Program-made: the position numbers and the translations under genes | Part shown: positions 45,619 through 63,659 of the stretch, one piece after another | Layout: the number at the start of each line of letters is the position of its first letter | Position numbering within the stretch: the stretch's first letter is position 1 | The notes under the pieces: model-generated | What the model was told of the DNA's origin: nothing | What the model saw: the letters and a program-made list of their open reading frames with translations, nothing else | The model's database searches: none | DNA from: the human T2T-CHM13v2.0 reference genome, Homo sapiens | Strand: one strand, 5' to 3' | Assembly: GCF_009914755.1 (NCBI RefSeq) | Contig: NC_060930.1 | Length of the DNA: 64,000 bases

Positions 45619-48284
45619 GCTGCACCTAATAACCGCAGCGCACCTACCTGCCGCACCTAGTAACCGCAGAGCGCCTACCTGCCGCACCTAGTAACCGCAG
45701 CGCACCTACCTGCCGCACCTAGTAACCGCAGAGTACCTACCTGCCGCACCTAGTAACCGCAGAGTACCTACCTGCCGCACCTAGTAACCGCAGCGCGCCT
45801 ACCTGCCGCACCTAGTAACCGCAGCGCGCCTACCTGCCGCACCTAGTAACCGCAGCGCGCCTACCTGCCGCACCTAGTAACCGCAGAGCGCCTACCTGCC
45901 GCACCTAGTAACCGCAGAGCGCCTACCTGCCGCACCTAGTAACCGCAGCGCGCCTACCTGCCGCACCTAGTAACCGCAGCGCGCCTACCTGCCGCACCTA
46001 GTAACCGCAGCGCGCCTACCTGCCGCACCTAGTAACCGCAGCGCGCCTACCTGCCGCACCTAGTAACCGCAGCGCGCCTACCTGCCGCACCTAGTAACCG
46101 CAGCGCGCCTACCTGCCGCACCTAGTAACCGCAGCGCGCCTACCTGCCGCACCTAGTAACCGCAGAGCGCCTACCTGCCGCACCTAGTAACCGCAGCGCG
46201 CCTACCTGCCGCACCTAGTAACCGCAGCGCGCCTACCTGCCGCACCTAGTAACCGCAGCGCGCCTACCTGCCGCACCTAGTAACCGCAGAGCGCCTACCT
46301 GCCGCACCTAGTAACCGCAGAGCGCCTACCTGCCGCACCTAGTAACCGCAGAGCGCCTACCTGCCGCACCTAGTAACCGCAGAGCGCCTACCTGCCGCAC
46401 CTAGTAACCGCAGAGCGCCTACCTGCCGCACCTAGTAACCGCAGAGCGCCTACCTGCCGCACCTAGTAACCGCAGCGCGCCTACCTGCCGCACCTAGTAA
46501 CCGCAGCGCGCCTACCTGCCGCACCTAGTAACCGCAGCGCGCCTACCTGCCGCACCTAGTAACCGCAGCGCGCCTACCTGCCGCACCTAGTAACCGCAGC
46601 GCGCCTACCTGCCGCACCTAGTAACCGCAGCGCGCCTACCTGCCGCACCTAGTAACCGCAGCGCGCCTACCTGCCGCACCTAGTAACCGCAGCGCGCCTA
46701 CCTGCCGCACCTAGTAACCGCAGCGCGCCTACCTGCCGCACCTAGTAACCGCAGCGCGCCTACCTGCCGCACCTAGTAACCGCAGCGCGCCTACCTGCCG
46801 CACCTCGTAACCGCAGCGCGCCTACCTGCCGCACCTCGTAACCGCAGCGCGCCTACCTGCCGCACCTCGTAACCGCAGAGCGCCTACCTGCCGCACCTCG
46901 TAACCGCAGAGCGCCTACCTGCCGCACCTCGGAACCGCAGAGCGCCTACCTGCCGCACCTCGGAACCGCAGAGCGCCTACCTGCCGCACCTCGGAACCGC
47001 AGAGCGCCTACCTGCCGCACCTCGGAACCGCAGAGCGCCTACCTGCCGCACCTCGGAACCGCAGAGCGCCTACCTGCCGCACCTCGGAACCGCAGAGCGC
47101 CTACCTGCCGCACCTCGGAACCGCAGAGCGCCTACCTGCCGCACCTCGGAACCGCAGAGCGCCTACCTGCCGCACCTCGGAACCGCAGAGCGCCTACCTG
47201 CCGCACCTCGGAACCGCAGCGCGCCTACCTGCCGCACCTCGGAACCGCAGCGCGCCTACCTGCCGCACCTCGGAACCGCAGCGCGCCTACCTGCCGCACC
47301 TCGGAACCGCAGCGCGCCTACCTGCCGCACCTCGGAACCGCAGCGCGCCTACCTGCCGCACCTCGGAACCGCAGCGCGCCTACCTGCCGCACCTCGGAAC
47401 CGCAGCGCGCCTACCTGCCGCACCTCGGAACCGCAGCGCGCCTACCTGCCGCACCTCGGAACCGCAGCGCGCCTACCTGCCGCACCTAGTAACCGCAGCG
47501 CGCCTACCTGCCGCACCTAGTAACCGCAGCGCGCCTACCTGCCGCACCTAGTAACCGCAGAGCGCCTACCTGCCGCACCTAGTAACCGCAGAGCGCCTAC
47601 CTGCCGCACCTAGTAACCGCAGAGCGCCTACCTGCCGCACCTAGTAACCGCAGCGCGCCTACCTGCCGCACCTAGTAACCGCAGCGCGCCTACCTGCCGC
47701 ACCTAGTAACCGCAGCGCGCCTACCTGCCGCACCTAGTAACCGCAGCGCGCCTACCTGCCGCACCTAGTAACCGCAGCGCGCCTACCTGCCGCACCTAGT
47801 AACCGCAGCGCGCCTACCTGCCGCACCTAGTAACCGCAGCGCGCCTACCTGCCGCACCTAGTAACCGCAGCGCGCCTACCTGCCGCACCTAGTAACCGCA
47901 GCGCGCCTACCTGCCGCACCTAGTAACCGCAGCGCGCCTACCTGCCGCACCTAGTAACCGCAGCGCGCCTACCTGCCGCACCTAGTAACCGCAGCGCGCC
48001 TACCTGCCGCACCTAGTAACTGCAGAGCGCCTACCTGCCGCACCTAGTAACTGCAGCGCGCCTACCTGCCGCACCTAGTAACTGCAGCGCGCCTACCTGC
48101 CGCACCTAGTAACTGCAGCGCGCCTACCTCCTGCACCTAGTAACTGCAGAGTGCCTACCTGCCGCACCTAGTAACTGCAGAGTACCTACCTGCCGCACCT
48201 AGTAACTGTAGCGTACCTACCTGCTGCACCTAGTAACTGCAGAGTACCTACCTGCTGCACCTAGTAACTGCAGTGCACCTACCT
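45619..48284. repeat. 31-bp minisatellite (VNTR), about 86 units, CpG-rich
   Basis: Unit cctagtaaccgcagcgcgcctacctgccgca; period 31 checked; variant blocks ctagtaa / ctcgtaa / ctcggaa. Confidence 0.97.
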
Positions 48285-48832
48285 TTAAAGGCTTTTCAAG
48301 AACATACAGAGCATTTTCAAAAACTGACCATGTGCTGGGAAATCAAATAAGTCTCAATTTAAAAGGATTGTAATCATAAAAATGTCCTCTGAGTATATTT
48401 CAATTATGTTCAAAATTAATTTTAAAAAGGTAATTGGAAAATCTTATGTGGTTAGAAGTAACGAAATATACTTTTAAATATCCCTTGGATCAAAAAAAAT
48501 AAATCACAATGGTATTTAGAAAATATTTTTCACTGAAGGCTAACAAAACACTACATATTAAAATTATAAAATGCACTTTGCAAAGGAGTACTTAATATAA
48601 CCTTAAATAAATAAATATTTCATATATATATATATATATATGAAGAAAGGCTGAAAATTAATTAGCCAAACATTATCTGAAGAAGATAGCAAATAAACCT
48701 AGAGAAAAAAGAAGTAAATAATAAGGAAAAGAGCATAAATTAATGCCGCAGAAAGTAACTAACAGCGGATCAAAAAATCCAAATATTGGTTATTCGAAAG
48801 GCTAATACAATAGACTAATTAAGACTGATAGA

Positions 48833-49119
48833 GCCAGGTGTGAGGTAATCCCAGTTACTTGGGTGGCTGGGGTGAGAGGATCGTTTGAGGCCAGGAGTTT
48901 GAGACCAGCCTAGGCCACACAGTGAGACCCCATCTCTAAAAAAATAAAATAAAAAATTAATGAGACATGGTGGCATGTGCCAGTAGTCCCATGAAGGCTG
49001 AGATGGGAGGACTGCTTGAGCCCAGGAGTTTGAGGCTGGAGTAAGCTATGATCATGCCGCTGCACTCCAACCTGGGCAACAGAGTGAGACCCTACTTCTG
49101 AGAAAAAAAAGAAAAAAAA
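48833..49119 (+). mobile_element. AluJ
   Basis: Diverged dimer. Confidence 0.82.
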
Positions 49120-49887
49120 GACTGACAAAAAAGGAGACAAGATTGAAATCCATGAATAAGGAGGAATCACTATAGGTCCTGCAGACATCAAATGTTATTA
49201 AGAGAATATTATGAACAACTTTTTGTTAATTATTTTAAAATTTAGGTAAAATGGACCAATGTCTTTAAAAAGTTCAATTTAGCAAAGCTAACTCAAATAG
49301 AGATAGAAACTTAGAATATTCCTGTAACTATTAAAAGAAGCAGTGATAAAAAAAGAAAACTTCCTATAGAGAAAACCCCACAGAGAGCTTCATCAATGAT
49401 TTCTGCCAAATATTCAATGAAGAAATTATGTCAATCTTATACAGTTTTCTCTAGATAATAGAGAAGAGAGAACTCTTCCAGATTCACTTTGTGTAAGCAT
49501 AACCTTGATTCCCAAAACTGGAAAATAAGGTACAAGAAAGGAAAATTACAGACCAATCTTGTTTAACAGTATAGATGCAAAAGTTCTAAATAAAATACTA
49601 TAAACAAACTCAATTCATCAAAGAACAAACGCAAAATTCGGTTTCTGCCAAGAATGCAAAGTTAGTTTAACTTTATGAAAATCTGTCATTATAATTTATT
49701 ACATTGTCTTCTTAAATGAGAAAAAGATATATCTTTTCAATAGATGCAGATAAATCTGTTGATAAAATGTAATGTTTATTCATGATTAAAAATGCTAGCA
49801 AGTCAGAAAAGAAATTCCTTTTCTGATAATAAGGTATCTTGAAACGAACAGAAGTTTTGTACTTATTTTAACAAAATGTTAACAGCC

Positions 49888-50177
49888 TTTTTTTTTTTTT
49901 TTGAGGCAAGGTCTTACTCTGTTGCCTAGGCTGGAGTGCAGTGGCGTGATCACGGCTTACTGTATCCTTGACCTCCCAGGCCGAAGCAATCCTCTCACCT
50001 CAGCCCCCTGAGGGACCACAGGCATGCACCACCATGCCTGGCTAATTTGTATTTTTTGTAGAGACAGGATTTTGCCATGTTGCCCAGGCTGGTCTCAAAC
50101 TCATGAGCTCAAGCCATCTGCCCTCTTCAGCTTCCCAAAGTGCTGGAATTACAAGGCATGAGCCACTGTGTCCAGCC
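49888..50177 (-). mobile_element. AluJ
   Basis: Diverged antisense dimer. Confidence 0.82.
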
Positions 50178-50560
50178 CACCTTTCTCTGAAATAATATGC
50201 AAGACCAAGCTACTTACCACCCCTATTTCTGGTCAGCCTGGTACTGGAGGCCCTAGCTATTTTAGTAGAGCAAGAAAAAGAAAGAAGAGATATAGGATTG
50301 GAAAAGAAGAAACAAAACTGTTCATAGGTTATAGGATGTGTACATAGAAAAACTCAAAAGTATCTTTTAAATTAATAATAGTTTAGTTATAAAAATCAAT
50401 ATATAAAAATAAATCTTACAAAAGGTATGTAGTAACTCTAAAAGTATAACCTTAATTGAGAGACATAAGACCAAAGTAAGTGAAGAAATATACCATTTAC
50501 TTTGTGATTCGGAAGTCACCATAGTACGAAGATGTCAGCTCTTCTCAAATTGATCTATAG

Positions 50561-51210
<650 letters not shown>

Positions 51211-51943
51211 TATATCTCAACCTTTTAGTTTTGTGTGTGTGTGGCAAGTGGGTGTGAGGAGTGGAACTTGACAAACCTACTCTGAAATCCATATGAAAAG
51301 GTAAAGAAGAGAATAAGATCAGCCAGGATGCCCTTGAAGAAGGACAAGACTAGTAGTGAAGGGTTTGCCTTATCAGATTCTTGTCAAGAATTATTATAAA
51401 GCTATATTAAAAAGACAGTGGTATTGGTGTAGGTTGGACAGATACTGTTGGAATGGAGTTGAAAACCCATAGATCTACACATACCTAGAAACTTGATTTT
51501 CACAGAGATGGCACTGTAGAGCAGTGGGGAAGTGACAGTCTTTTCAGTAAATGGTGCTGAGACAACTGGGTATCCACATGGTACAGAAATGAAATTGGGC
51601 TTCTACCTTACACCATACCAAAAAATCAGCTCCAGGTTGATTACTGACAGAAATGTGAAAGATAAAATTATAAAGCTATTGGAAAATATAGGAGAATTTG
51701 TCCATATCCTCAGGGTAGGGGATCCTCAACAGTATACAAAAGCATTAGCTGTAGTGGTAAGAACTGATAAATTTTAAAATTTATAAAATTTTAAATGAAT
51801 GTTTAAAACGAATTTATAAACGAATTCATTGTAAAATTCTATAAATTATTTATAAATAAATTTATACATTTATAAATTTAGAAGATTTTTAAATGAATGT
51901 ATACATTCATTTTAAAACTTTTATTCATCAAAATAAACCATTA

Positions 51944-52238
<295 letters not shown>

Positions 52239-52769
52239 ACCAGTCACAGAATGGGAGAAGTGCAACACACACATAACTGACAAAGGACTTGAATACATAA
52301 AATCTAGAGAAATTGTATAAATCGGAAAGGAAAAGATATGCAACCCAGTTAAAACAGGGATGAAATAGCTGAATGGGCACTTCACCAAAGAGAATAAATA
52401 CACCAAAAAAGTGCACAACTTTACTGGTAATTAGAGAAATGCAAATTAAAACCACAATAAGATAATATGTGTCTAAACATTGGCAAATATGGCAAGGCTT
52501 TTCTAAACAACATGAAATAAATCCAAATAAACAGTGAAATGTGTTTATGGATGGAAAGACTTGACATACTAAAGCTGTCTATTCTCCCCAACATGATTTA
52601 TAAAAGGAGTGCAATCCTAATTAAAAGCACAACCAAATTCTTTATGGAATTCAACAAGCTGACTCTTAAGTTACACAAAATGTACAAAGATAGCTAAGAA
52701 AATTCTGAAGGAGGAGATCAGAACAGTGTAGACTACAGCAAGGATAATCAAATAGATTAATAGAAAAGG

Positions 52770-53120
52770 TGAGTCTTTGCAGGTTGGGTTTTCCAGAAGC
52801 AGCCACTGAGTTGGAGATTGGGGTGCAAGGAAGGAGTGGGAAGCAGGAATGAGCAGAGGAAGAAGTCAGAAGGCAACGAAGCCTGACAGCTCTGGCAGCC
52901 GGGAGCACTGAGCAAATGCCCCTCAGGCTTGTCCCACGTCAGACTGAAATGGCCAAGGCTTTATCCCCTCGCCTTTCTCAGTCACTGGCTCAGAAGGGGA
53001 GTACCTGGGGCAAAGGAGTTCACAGCTGCAGGCTGTTTGTTCACTCAGCTCCTTGCAACAGGGCAGCAAATCCCTCCTTGAGGGGGAATCTGAGAGGCCC
53101 ATCACTGTGTCTACCACAAA
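52770..53120. mobile_element. MLT1-like (ERVL-MaLR) LTR relic
   Basis: caggttgggttttccagaagcagccactgag...tgtctaccaca. Confidence 0.55.
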
Positions 53121-53302
53121 GTCCAAAATCAATCCATGTATGTTTCTTAAGCCACACACAAAATTCGCAAGGTATAAAGAAAAAGATTATTGTATATGAC
53201 TTCATGAAAATGGAAAGGTAGTCAAAAAGGAGAAATTGTGTTTAGCAAAGGATTAATATCCAGGATATTTAATAGAGTGCCTACAAATAAAAAACAAAAA
53301 TA

Positions 53303-53669
<367 letters not shown>

Positions 53670-54179
53670 TCAGAAAAGATATTTGGCCTCGCCAACAGAG
53701 AAAGGCAAAATGAACCCGTTACAATTTTTCATCCATTAGATTGAAATTTTTGAAAGATTAGTGATACAGTGTGTTGGTGAAAATGCAGAATAACAAGCAG
53801 TCTTCTGCAGTGTTGGTAAGAGTGGCGAAGTTTATTAGAAGGTGAGGCACCCAACAAACTCCACAAGCCCATAAGTTTGGCTGCAGTTCTACTCTCAGTA
53901 ATCTATACTGCTCACGTGCACTCAAAGATGTAGTTTCCATTCTTTGCACCTTAGTTTATAAGAGTGAAAAATTAGAAACAACTCAAATGTCCATAAGTAA
54001 CTGCCCTAAATTATGATTCATCTAAACTACAGAATACTAATAGCCATTTAAAAGAAAGAGGTGGAAACTAACATGTAATGATATAGAAAGATCTTCAAGA
54101 TTAGCTGTTAGTGAAAAAAATAAGTCACAAAACAATACTTACAGTGTGGTCCTTTTAATGTTAAAGATATATATATTTT

Positions 54180-54478
<299 letters not shown>

Positions 54479-54632
54479 TCTGGAATGTGTGTGCAAATTC
54501 CTAGAGAGAGAATAAGAGTGATATGCATCACACTCTGGATAAGGCTTACCTCTAGAGAATGGAAGAGTAGGTGCTGAAGGAATGTTTGGATGTTATTCTA
54601 TGTGATTCTGCATTGTTTGAATCTTTGGGGGT

Positions 54633-54932
<300 letters not shown>

Positions 54933-55044
54933 TGTTTGAATCTTTCAAAAGGACTTTGTACTTAACATATTTGTGTAATAAAAATAACTATAAAAAGAAA
55001 ATCAATTTGATAAAATTAAAATAACAAAAATACTTTTCATATTA

Positions 55045-55500
55045 GGCTAAGCAGGGTGGCTCGTGCCTGTAATCTCAGCACTTTGGGAGGCTGAGGTGGG
55101 TGGATTTCTTGAGGCCAGTTCAAAACCAGCAACATGGCAAAAACCGATCTCTACAAAAAACACAAAAATTAGCCAAGCGTGGTGGCGCATGCCTGTTGTC
55201 CCAGCTACACAGGAGGCTGAGGTGGCAGGCTCTCTTGAGCCTGGAGGTTGAGCCTGCACTCTAGCCTGGAGGACACAGTGAGACTCTGTCTCAAGAAAAA
55301 AAACAACAAAAAACCCTTTTCATGTTAATTAAAAACAATAAACATACAGCTGGGTGAGGTGGCTCATGCCTGTAATCCCAGCTCTTTGGGAGGACAAGCT
55401 GGGAGGATTGCTTGAGCCCAGGAGTTGGAGGTTTCAGTGAGCTATGACCATGCCACTGCACTCCTGCCTGGGCGACAGAGGCAGATTTGATCTCTAAAAA
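55045..55500 (+). mobile_element. Diverged Alu (55045..55312) plus Alu monomer (55348..55500)
   Basis: Alu motifs. Confidence 0.78.
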
Positions 55501-55809
55501 TAAACATGCAAAGAGACAAAAACAATATATAGAATGCTACAAAGTGTGAACATAATTAATACCCTCTGTCATTCTCCCCTAGATCATGCATGTATTCATT
55601 TAGCTAGTATTTTTGACCACTTATTTATATAGCAGACAATCGTTAACAGCAAAATACAAATAAAACTAGGAAAAAAAAAACTTGAAGGAAAAATACCAAA
55701 GTGTTAACATTTTATCTTTGGGTGTAGGGCAAAACTATGGATAGGTTTTAAGAATATATAATTTTCTATGTTTTCTATAATGAGGATTATTGCTCCTATA
55801 AGGAAAAAG

Positions 55810-58120
<2,311 letters not shown>

Positions 58121-58264
58121 AAAACATTAATTTTAAAAAATTACTACTTGTAAGATCTGTGTGAAATTTCTACCTTCTGAAAATATGAATTCTTCTCGTT
58201 AAAATTTTCTGGGACTCTATTTCCTGCTGTTCACTAAAGTGTGTATTTATGCTCTTAATTATAG

Positions 58265-58355
58265 AAAGAGTATTCAAACGAAAATGCAGTTGTGAAGAGA
58301 ATGCAGTCTCTTCAACTTGATTGTGTGGCAGTACCTTCAAGCCGGTCAAATTCAG
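58265..58355 (+). CDS. RIPK1: RIPK1 exon 8 (S320; caspase-8 site LQLD324)
   Basis: KEYSNENAVVKRMQSLQLDCVAVPSSRSNS; 91 nt (cumulative 1006); D324 codon GAT at 58319-58321 intact. Confidence 0.97.
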
Positions 58356-58903
58356 GTAAATTACACTATGGTCAAAATCTATTCATTTATTTGTTTGGTT
58401 ACTCATTCACTCCACTCTCTAAAAGACTATTCAGGACCATATGGGAAACAGAAGAAACTATAAAAGTGAACACCTGCCTTACAGGAATTTATAATAATAT
58501 TTGAGAGTCAAGTTACATGTATTTGAAATATGAAGTAACAGTGTGCTCACCAGTCATAGAGTGTTCTGAACAAAAGGCCTAATATATCTGATGGGGAGAA
58601 GTGACAGTTCAGAAGAAGGAAGGGGACATATGTGAGAGCAAAGTCCCTGAGGAGCTCGGAGTGACTTACAGCCAGGGTACAAGCAGAGAGGCTGGTCTCA
58701 GGTCAAGTAGGGATACTTTTTTCACTGTAACAAAAGGGATGGCAGAGTATAGGATACTGAAGCCGCTTAGCTACCTGATCTGTGGCTAATTACTTAACCT
58801 CTTCTAAACTTCACTCATCAAATCATAATTGCTCCTCCTCTCATAGGGCTCTTCAAGAATGAAAGAATTCATGGGACATGCTTAGGACAGAGCTGCTGCA
58901 GAT

Positions 58904-59191
58904 CTTTTTTTTTTGGAGACAGAGTCTGTCACCCCGGCTGGAGTGCAGTAGTGTGATCTTGGCTCACTACAACCTCCGCCTTTCAGGTTCAAGCGATTCT
59001 TCTGCCTCAGCCTCCCAAGCAGCAGGGATTACAGGCATGCACCACCATGCCCGGCTAATTTTTGTATTTTCAGTAGAGATGGGGTTTCGCCATGTTGGCC
59101 AGGCTGGTCTCGAACTCCTGACCTCAGGTGATCCGTCCGCCTCAGCCTCCCAACGTGCTAGGATTACAGGCGTGAGCCACCGCACCCAGCC
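58904..59191 (-). mobile_element. AluS
   Basis: Antisense dimer; flanks cagatctt. Confidence 0.88.
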
Positions 59192-59521
59192 ACAGATCTT
59201 ATTTTCCACCTGAATTGCTCCAAGGAGACAACCACCTTCTCTGCTCCAAACCAAGTCCCTTTTTTCCTTGATCATCCCTGCAACAGCCGCTTTTCTCTTG
59301 CTTGCTATAATTTTCCTAGTACTCTCTTACTGCCAGCGAGGAGCTCCTATTATTATTTGTAAAGCTTGTGGGAAGAGGACCATCTCCTAAATGCTTTGGA
59401 CTGGTCTCGTACTTGTTTTCTGTGTGTTACTTTGAGATACAGATTCATGACGGCGCTCAGATTTTATTTTACTTTTTAATGTTTCATGACACCCATTCTA
59501 ATGTTGATCATTTCTTCTCAG

Positions 59522-60091
59522 CCACAGAACAGCCTGGTTCACTGCACAGTTCCCAGGGACTTGGGATGGGTCCTGTGGAGGAGTCCTGGTTTGCTCCTTC
59601 CCTGGAGCACCCACAAGAAGAGAATGAGCCCAGCCTGCAGAGTAAACTCCAAGACGAAGCCAACTACCATCTTTATGGCAGCCGCATGGACAGGCAGACG
59701 AAACAGCAGCCCAGACAGAATGTGGCTTACAACAGAGAGGAGGAAAGGAGACGCAGGGTCTCCCATGACCCTTTTGCACAGCAAAGACCTTACGAGAATT
59801 TTCAGAATACAGAGGGAAAAGGCACTGCTTATTCCAGTGCAGCCAGTCATGGTAATGCAGTGCACCAGCCCTCAGGGCTCACCAGCCAACCTCAAGTACT
59901 GTATCAGAACAATGGATTATATAGCTCACATGGCTTTGGAACAAGACCACTGGATCCAGGAACAGCAGGTCCCAGAGTTTGGTACAGGCCAATTCCAAGT
60001 CATATGCCTAGTCTGCATAATATCCCAGTGCCTGAGACCAACTATCTAGGAAATACACCCACCATGCCATTCAGCTCCTTGCCACCAACAG
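59522..60091 (+). CDS. RIPK1: RIPK1 exon 9 (intermediate domain; K377, Y384)
   Basis: [27 protein letters not shown]...[14 protein letters not shown]...[10 protein letters not shown]; 570 nt (cumulative 1576); gene continues beyond the window. Confidence 0.98.
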
Positions 60092-61008
60092 GTAAATGGG
60101 TCTTCGATAGTCACAAGCTTGTCTTTTTTTATTTTTCAGAAAATACAGCAACCAAGCAGCTCTATTATAGATTGTGGGTTATAATGGGGACAGAGGGCAT
60201 CATCAGCTGCCAGATGCAAATTGCCCCTGTGGAATGGACCCTGCCAAACCACTTGGTCTGGGAGTATTTCATCTGGGGCTAGGATTCATCACAGATGCCC
60301 GCAAGCATCGGGTTACAGGTCCTTGTGACTGGCAGGCATCTTTGACTCTAACCTGGAGTGCATAGTAGTCCTATTTCACCCAATCTCTGATAAATGGGAA
60401 GTTATCTGCTTATTTGCTTTTACCTTGCTTGCTACTTTTTGAAGGTAAGAAATCAGTCTTGGATATTTTTGTTTCTGACCTTATATAGCTCAAAGACTAC
60501 CATTAGTGATGAAAAATTTTCTTTTAACTCCCATATCTCTATCAGGTGAAGTAAAAGGTAGGTGATAGTAGTTACTGGCAGTCTAGAATGGAAGTGAGTT
60601 AATGTAATATCCAGCATTTTTATCAAATAATACTCACCAACATCACCTTAACTACCTGAACAGCATCTACCAATGATACCCACAGGTGTCCTGGAGATCT
60701 TGAAATCATCTCAGGTAGAGGAAGCTTTCAGAACCACAGAGCTTAGTTACATTTTCTTTCAAAAGGCCAAATTCTCCAAAAACGTCCTATGCAAACATCC
60801 TCGATTTCTTCCATAGGTTTTATGATAAGATCTGTAGAATGCAAAATATTGGATTAGACATTAAGCAGTATCCAAGTCATGTATAATCCTATGAGCAGAA
60901 TGTCCTTTTGTTTCCTTCATGTTGGGGATAAAATTTTTTATTAGTATTGCCATATCATTTTATTCATTCATGATTAAGTCAATAAAAATTTCAGCTGGGG
61001 CCATGGTT

Positions 61009-61837
<829 letters not shown>

Positions 61838-63659
61838 TCACCTCGTTCTGGTTCCTGGTTCTGCCAGTGACAGATGTACAGGGATGCAGCTTCTTCAGGG
61901 TTCTGAGATGCTTTCAGTGGGAAAGGGGCGCTTGGATCTACAATAGATAATAGAATTTTCTGTGTTTCTGCTCCCAAAGATGATCCTGCCAGGTACTAAG
62001 CTAGTAAATGAACACGCTGAGTTTCTCCTTGCAAATTTAAATAAGTCTTCTGCTTGCTTTTATCATCAAAAAGTCCTAACTCTATACCAAAATGTGAGTT
62101 TTCTAATTTGCCATACCATAGAAGAAGGGTGTGTATGCAGTAAGTACAAAAGGAAAATAAATGTCTTCCTTTCAGTGAAAGAGCTCTTAGACCCACTGCT
62201 TTTTATTCACTGTGCTGCTTGAAGTGAGGTTAGAAAAGGAAAGCTCACTGGGCTAAGAGTCAGGAGACCCAGGTCTAGTCCTGCTTGTGCCGGTCACTAT
62301 ATGGGTGACTTTGGGAAAGTCATTTGCCTCTCCAGAGTTCATTCTCCTCAATTATAAATGAAAATGTTACAACTGAAAATTTATATATTATCAGCTCTAG
62401 TATGTTTCTAGTATTGCATTCGTTTCTCCACTTCGTAACTTTCATGGTTTTTCCAGTGGTCAGATTTGGGCAGAAAGCACTGATTCAAGAACACAGATTT
62501 CCAAGTAGAGAGGTGCAGGGTAAATAAACCTCCATGTAAGCCCGCGGTGAGCGCAGACTGTGAGTGACGAACACGGTGTCAGTGTAAGCTGGAGGTGGTG
62601 GGCCAGGAGGATTAAACAGGGTAAGGCAGCTTACCACTGTGCCTGGCGATGCGCAGAGTAAGTGCTCAGTAAACGGTAGCTGCTGTTATTAGCACTGTTA
62701 TTATCATTGTCAGCAAAGAACACCTAGACAGCCTTGAGCACTGGAAGGCACCTCAGAGACTGTCACAGGGGTTCCTTGCTAGGATTCCAAGGACCCCAGT
62801 TTCAGCAGCTTCACGAACACCCTGAATTGCACACAGATGGCGTGTGTGTGCACATCCTATATTTCTTACACCTTTCAGTAGAGAGGGTCCCTAGTTTCCT
62901 TGGCTTCCTCAGAGAAAATGTAACAAATGAGCACAGTGCCTGGTCCAGAGGGTGGCCTACCTTAGGGCCAGGTGTGCTGACGGAGGTACCTTGAGCTGAT
63001 ACTCATTTCCCTCCCTCCTCAGAACTGTCTTCTCAACCACCTTCTCTCTCCTACAAAGATATGCCAAGTGCTCTTTAGGGACAGTACCAACACTTGACAA
63101 ATTCAGCTCAGCATGAATGTCATTGAGCCCATGCCCCGTACCAAGGCCCAGGCTAGCGAGTGTAAGGAGTACAAAAACAAGTGGGTGTGGTCGCTGCCCT
63201 TGGGACTCACATTCTAGTGGAGAAGTCAAACAGACCCAGCTCAGATACAGAGCGGCGCAGGGCAGAGTGCTGAGTCTAGGATTACAGTGCAGGCTCATGG
63301 AAGGAGGTGGAATTTGTGCTGGGCCTATGTCAGAAACTCACAAGCAGGGAGAAGCACGTGGGGAGGTCAGCAGTCCAGGCAGAGGCAGGAGCATCATGTC
63401 AGCAGATCGGTGGGAAATCTGGTGGGACTGGAGTCTCTGGAGTGGAGACAGGGAGGAAACAGTGAAAGGAAGATCAGAGACAAGAGGGTAGGGCAGAGCT
63501 GTGGCTAGCTTCTGAATACTGAACCTGAGAGGTTTGAGTTTATCAGGTAAAGGAGGAGGACCCTTCACAGATGCTGTTCAGAGTCGTGGGATCCCGCTGG
63601 GAAGTGTGGCTGAGCTTTGCTGTGTTGTTCATCCACTTCTGTTTTCTGACTTGGTGTTA

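Noticed and set aside
45619-48284. CRISPR-like array of ~31-bp repeats
   Set aside because: Units are head-to-tail with no unique spacers, in a human intron with no cas genes; it is a minisatellite.
59368-60282. 304-aa standalone ORF
   Set aside because: It is RIPK1 exon 9 plus chance read-through into flanking introns; splice sites are at 59522 and 60091.
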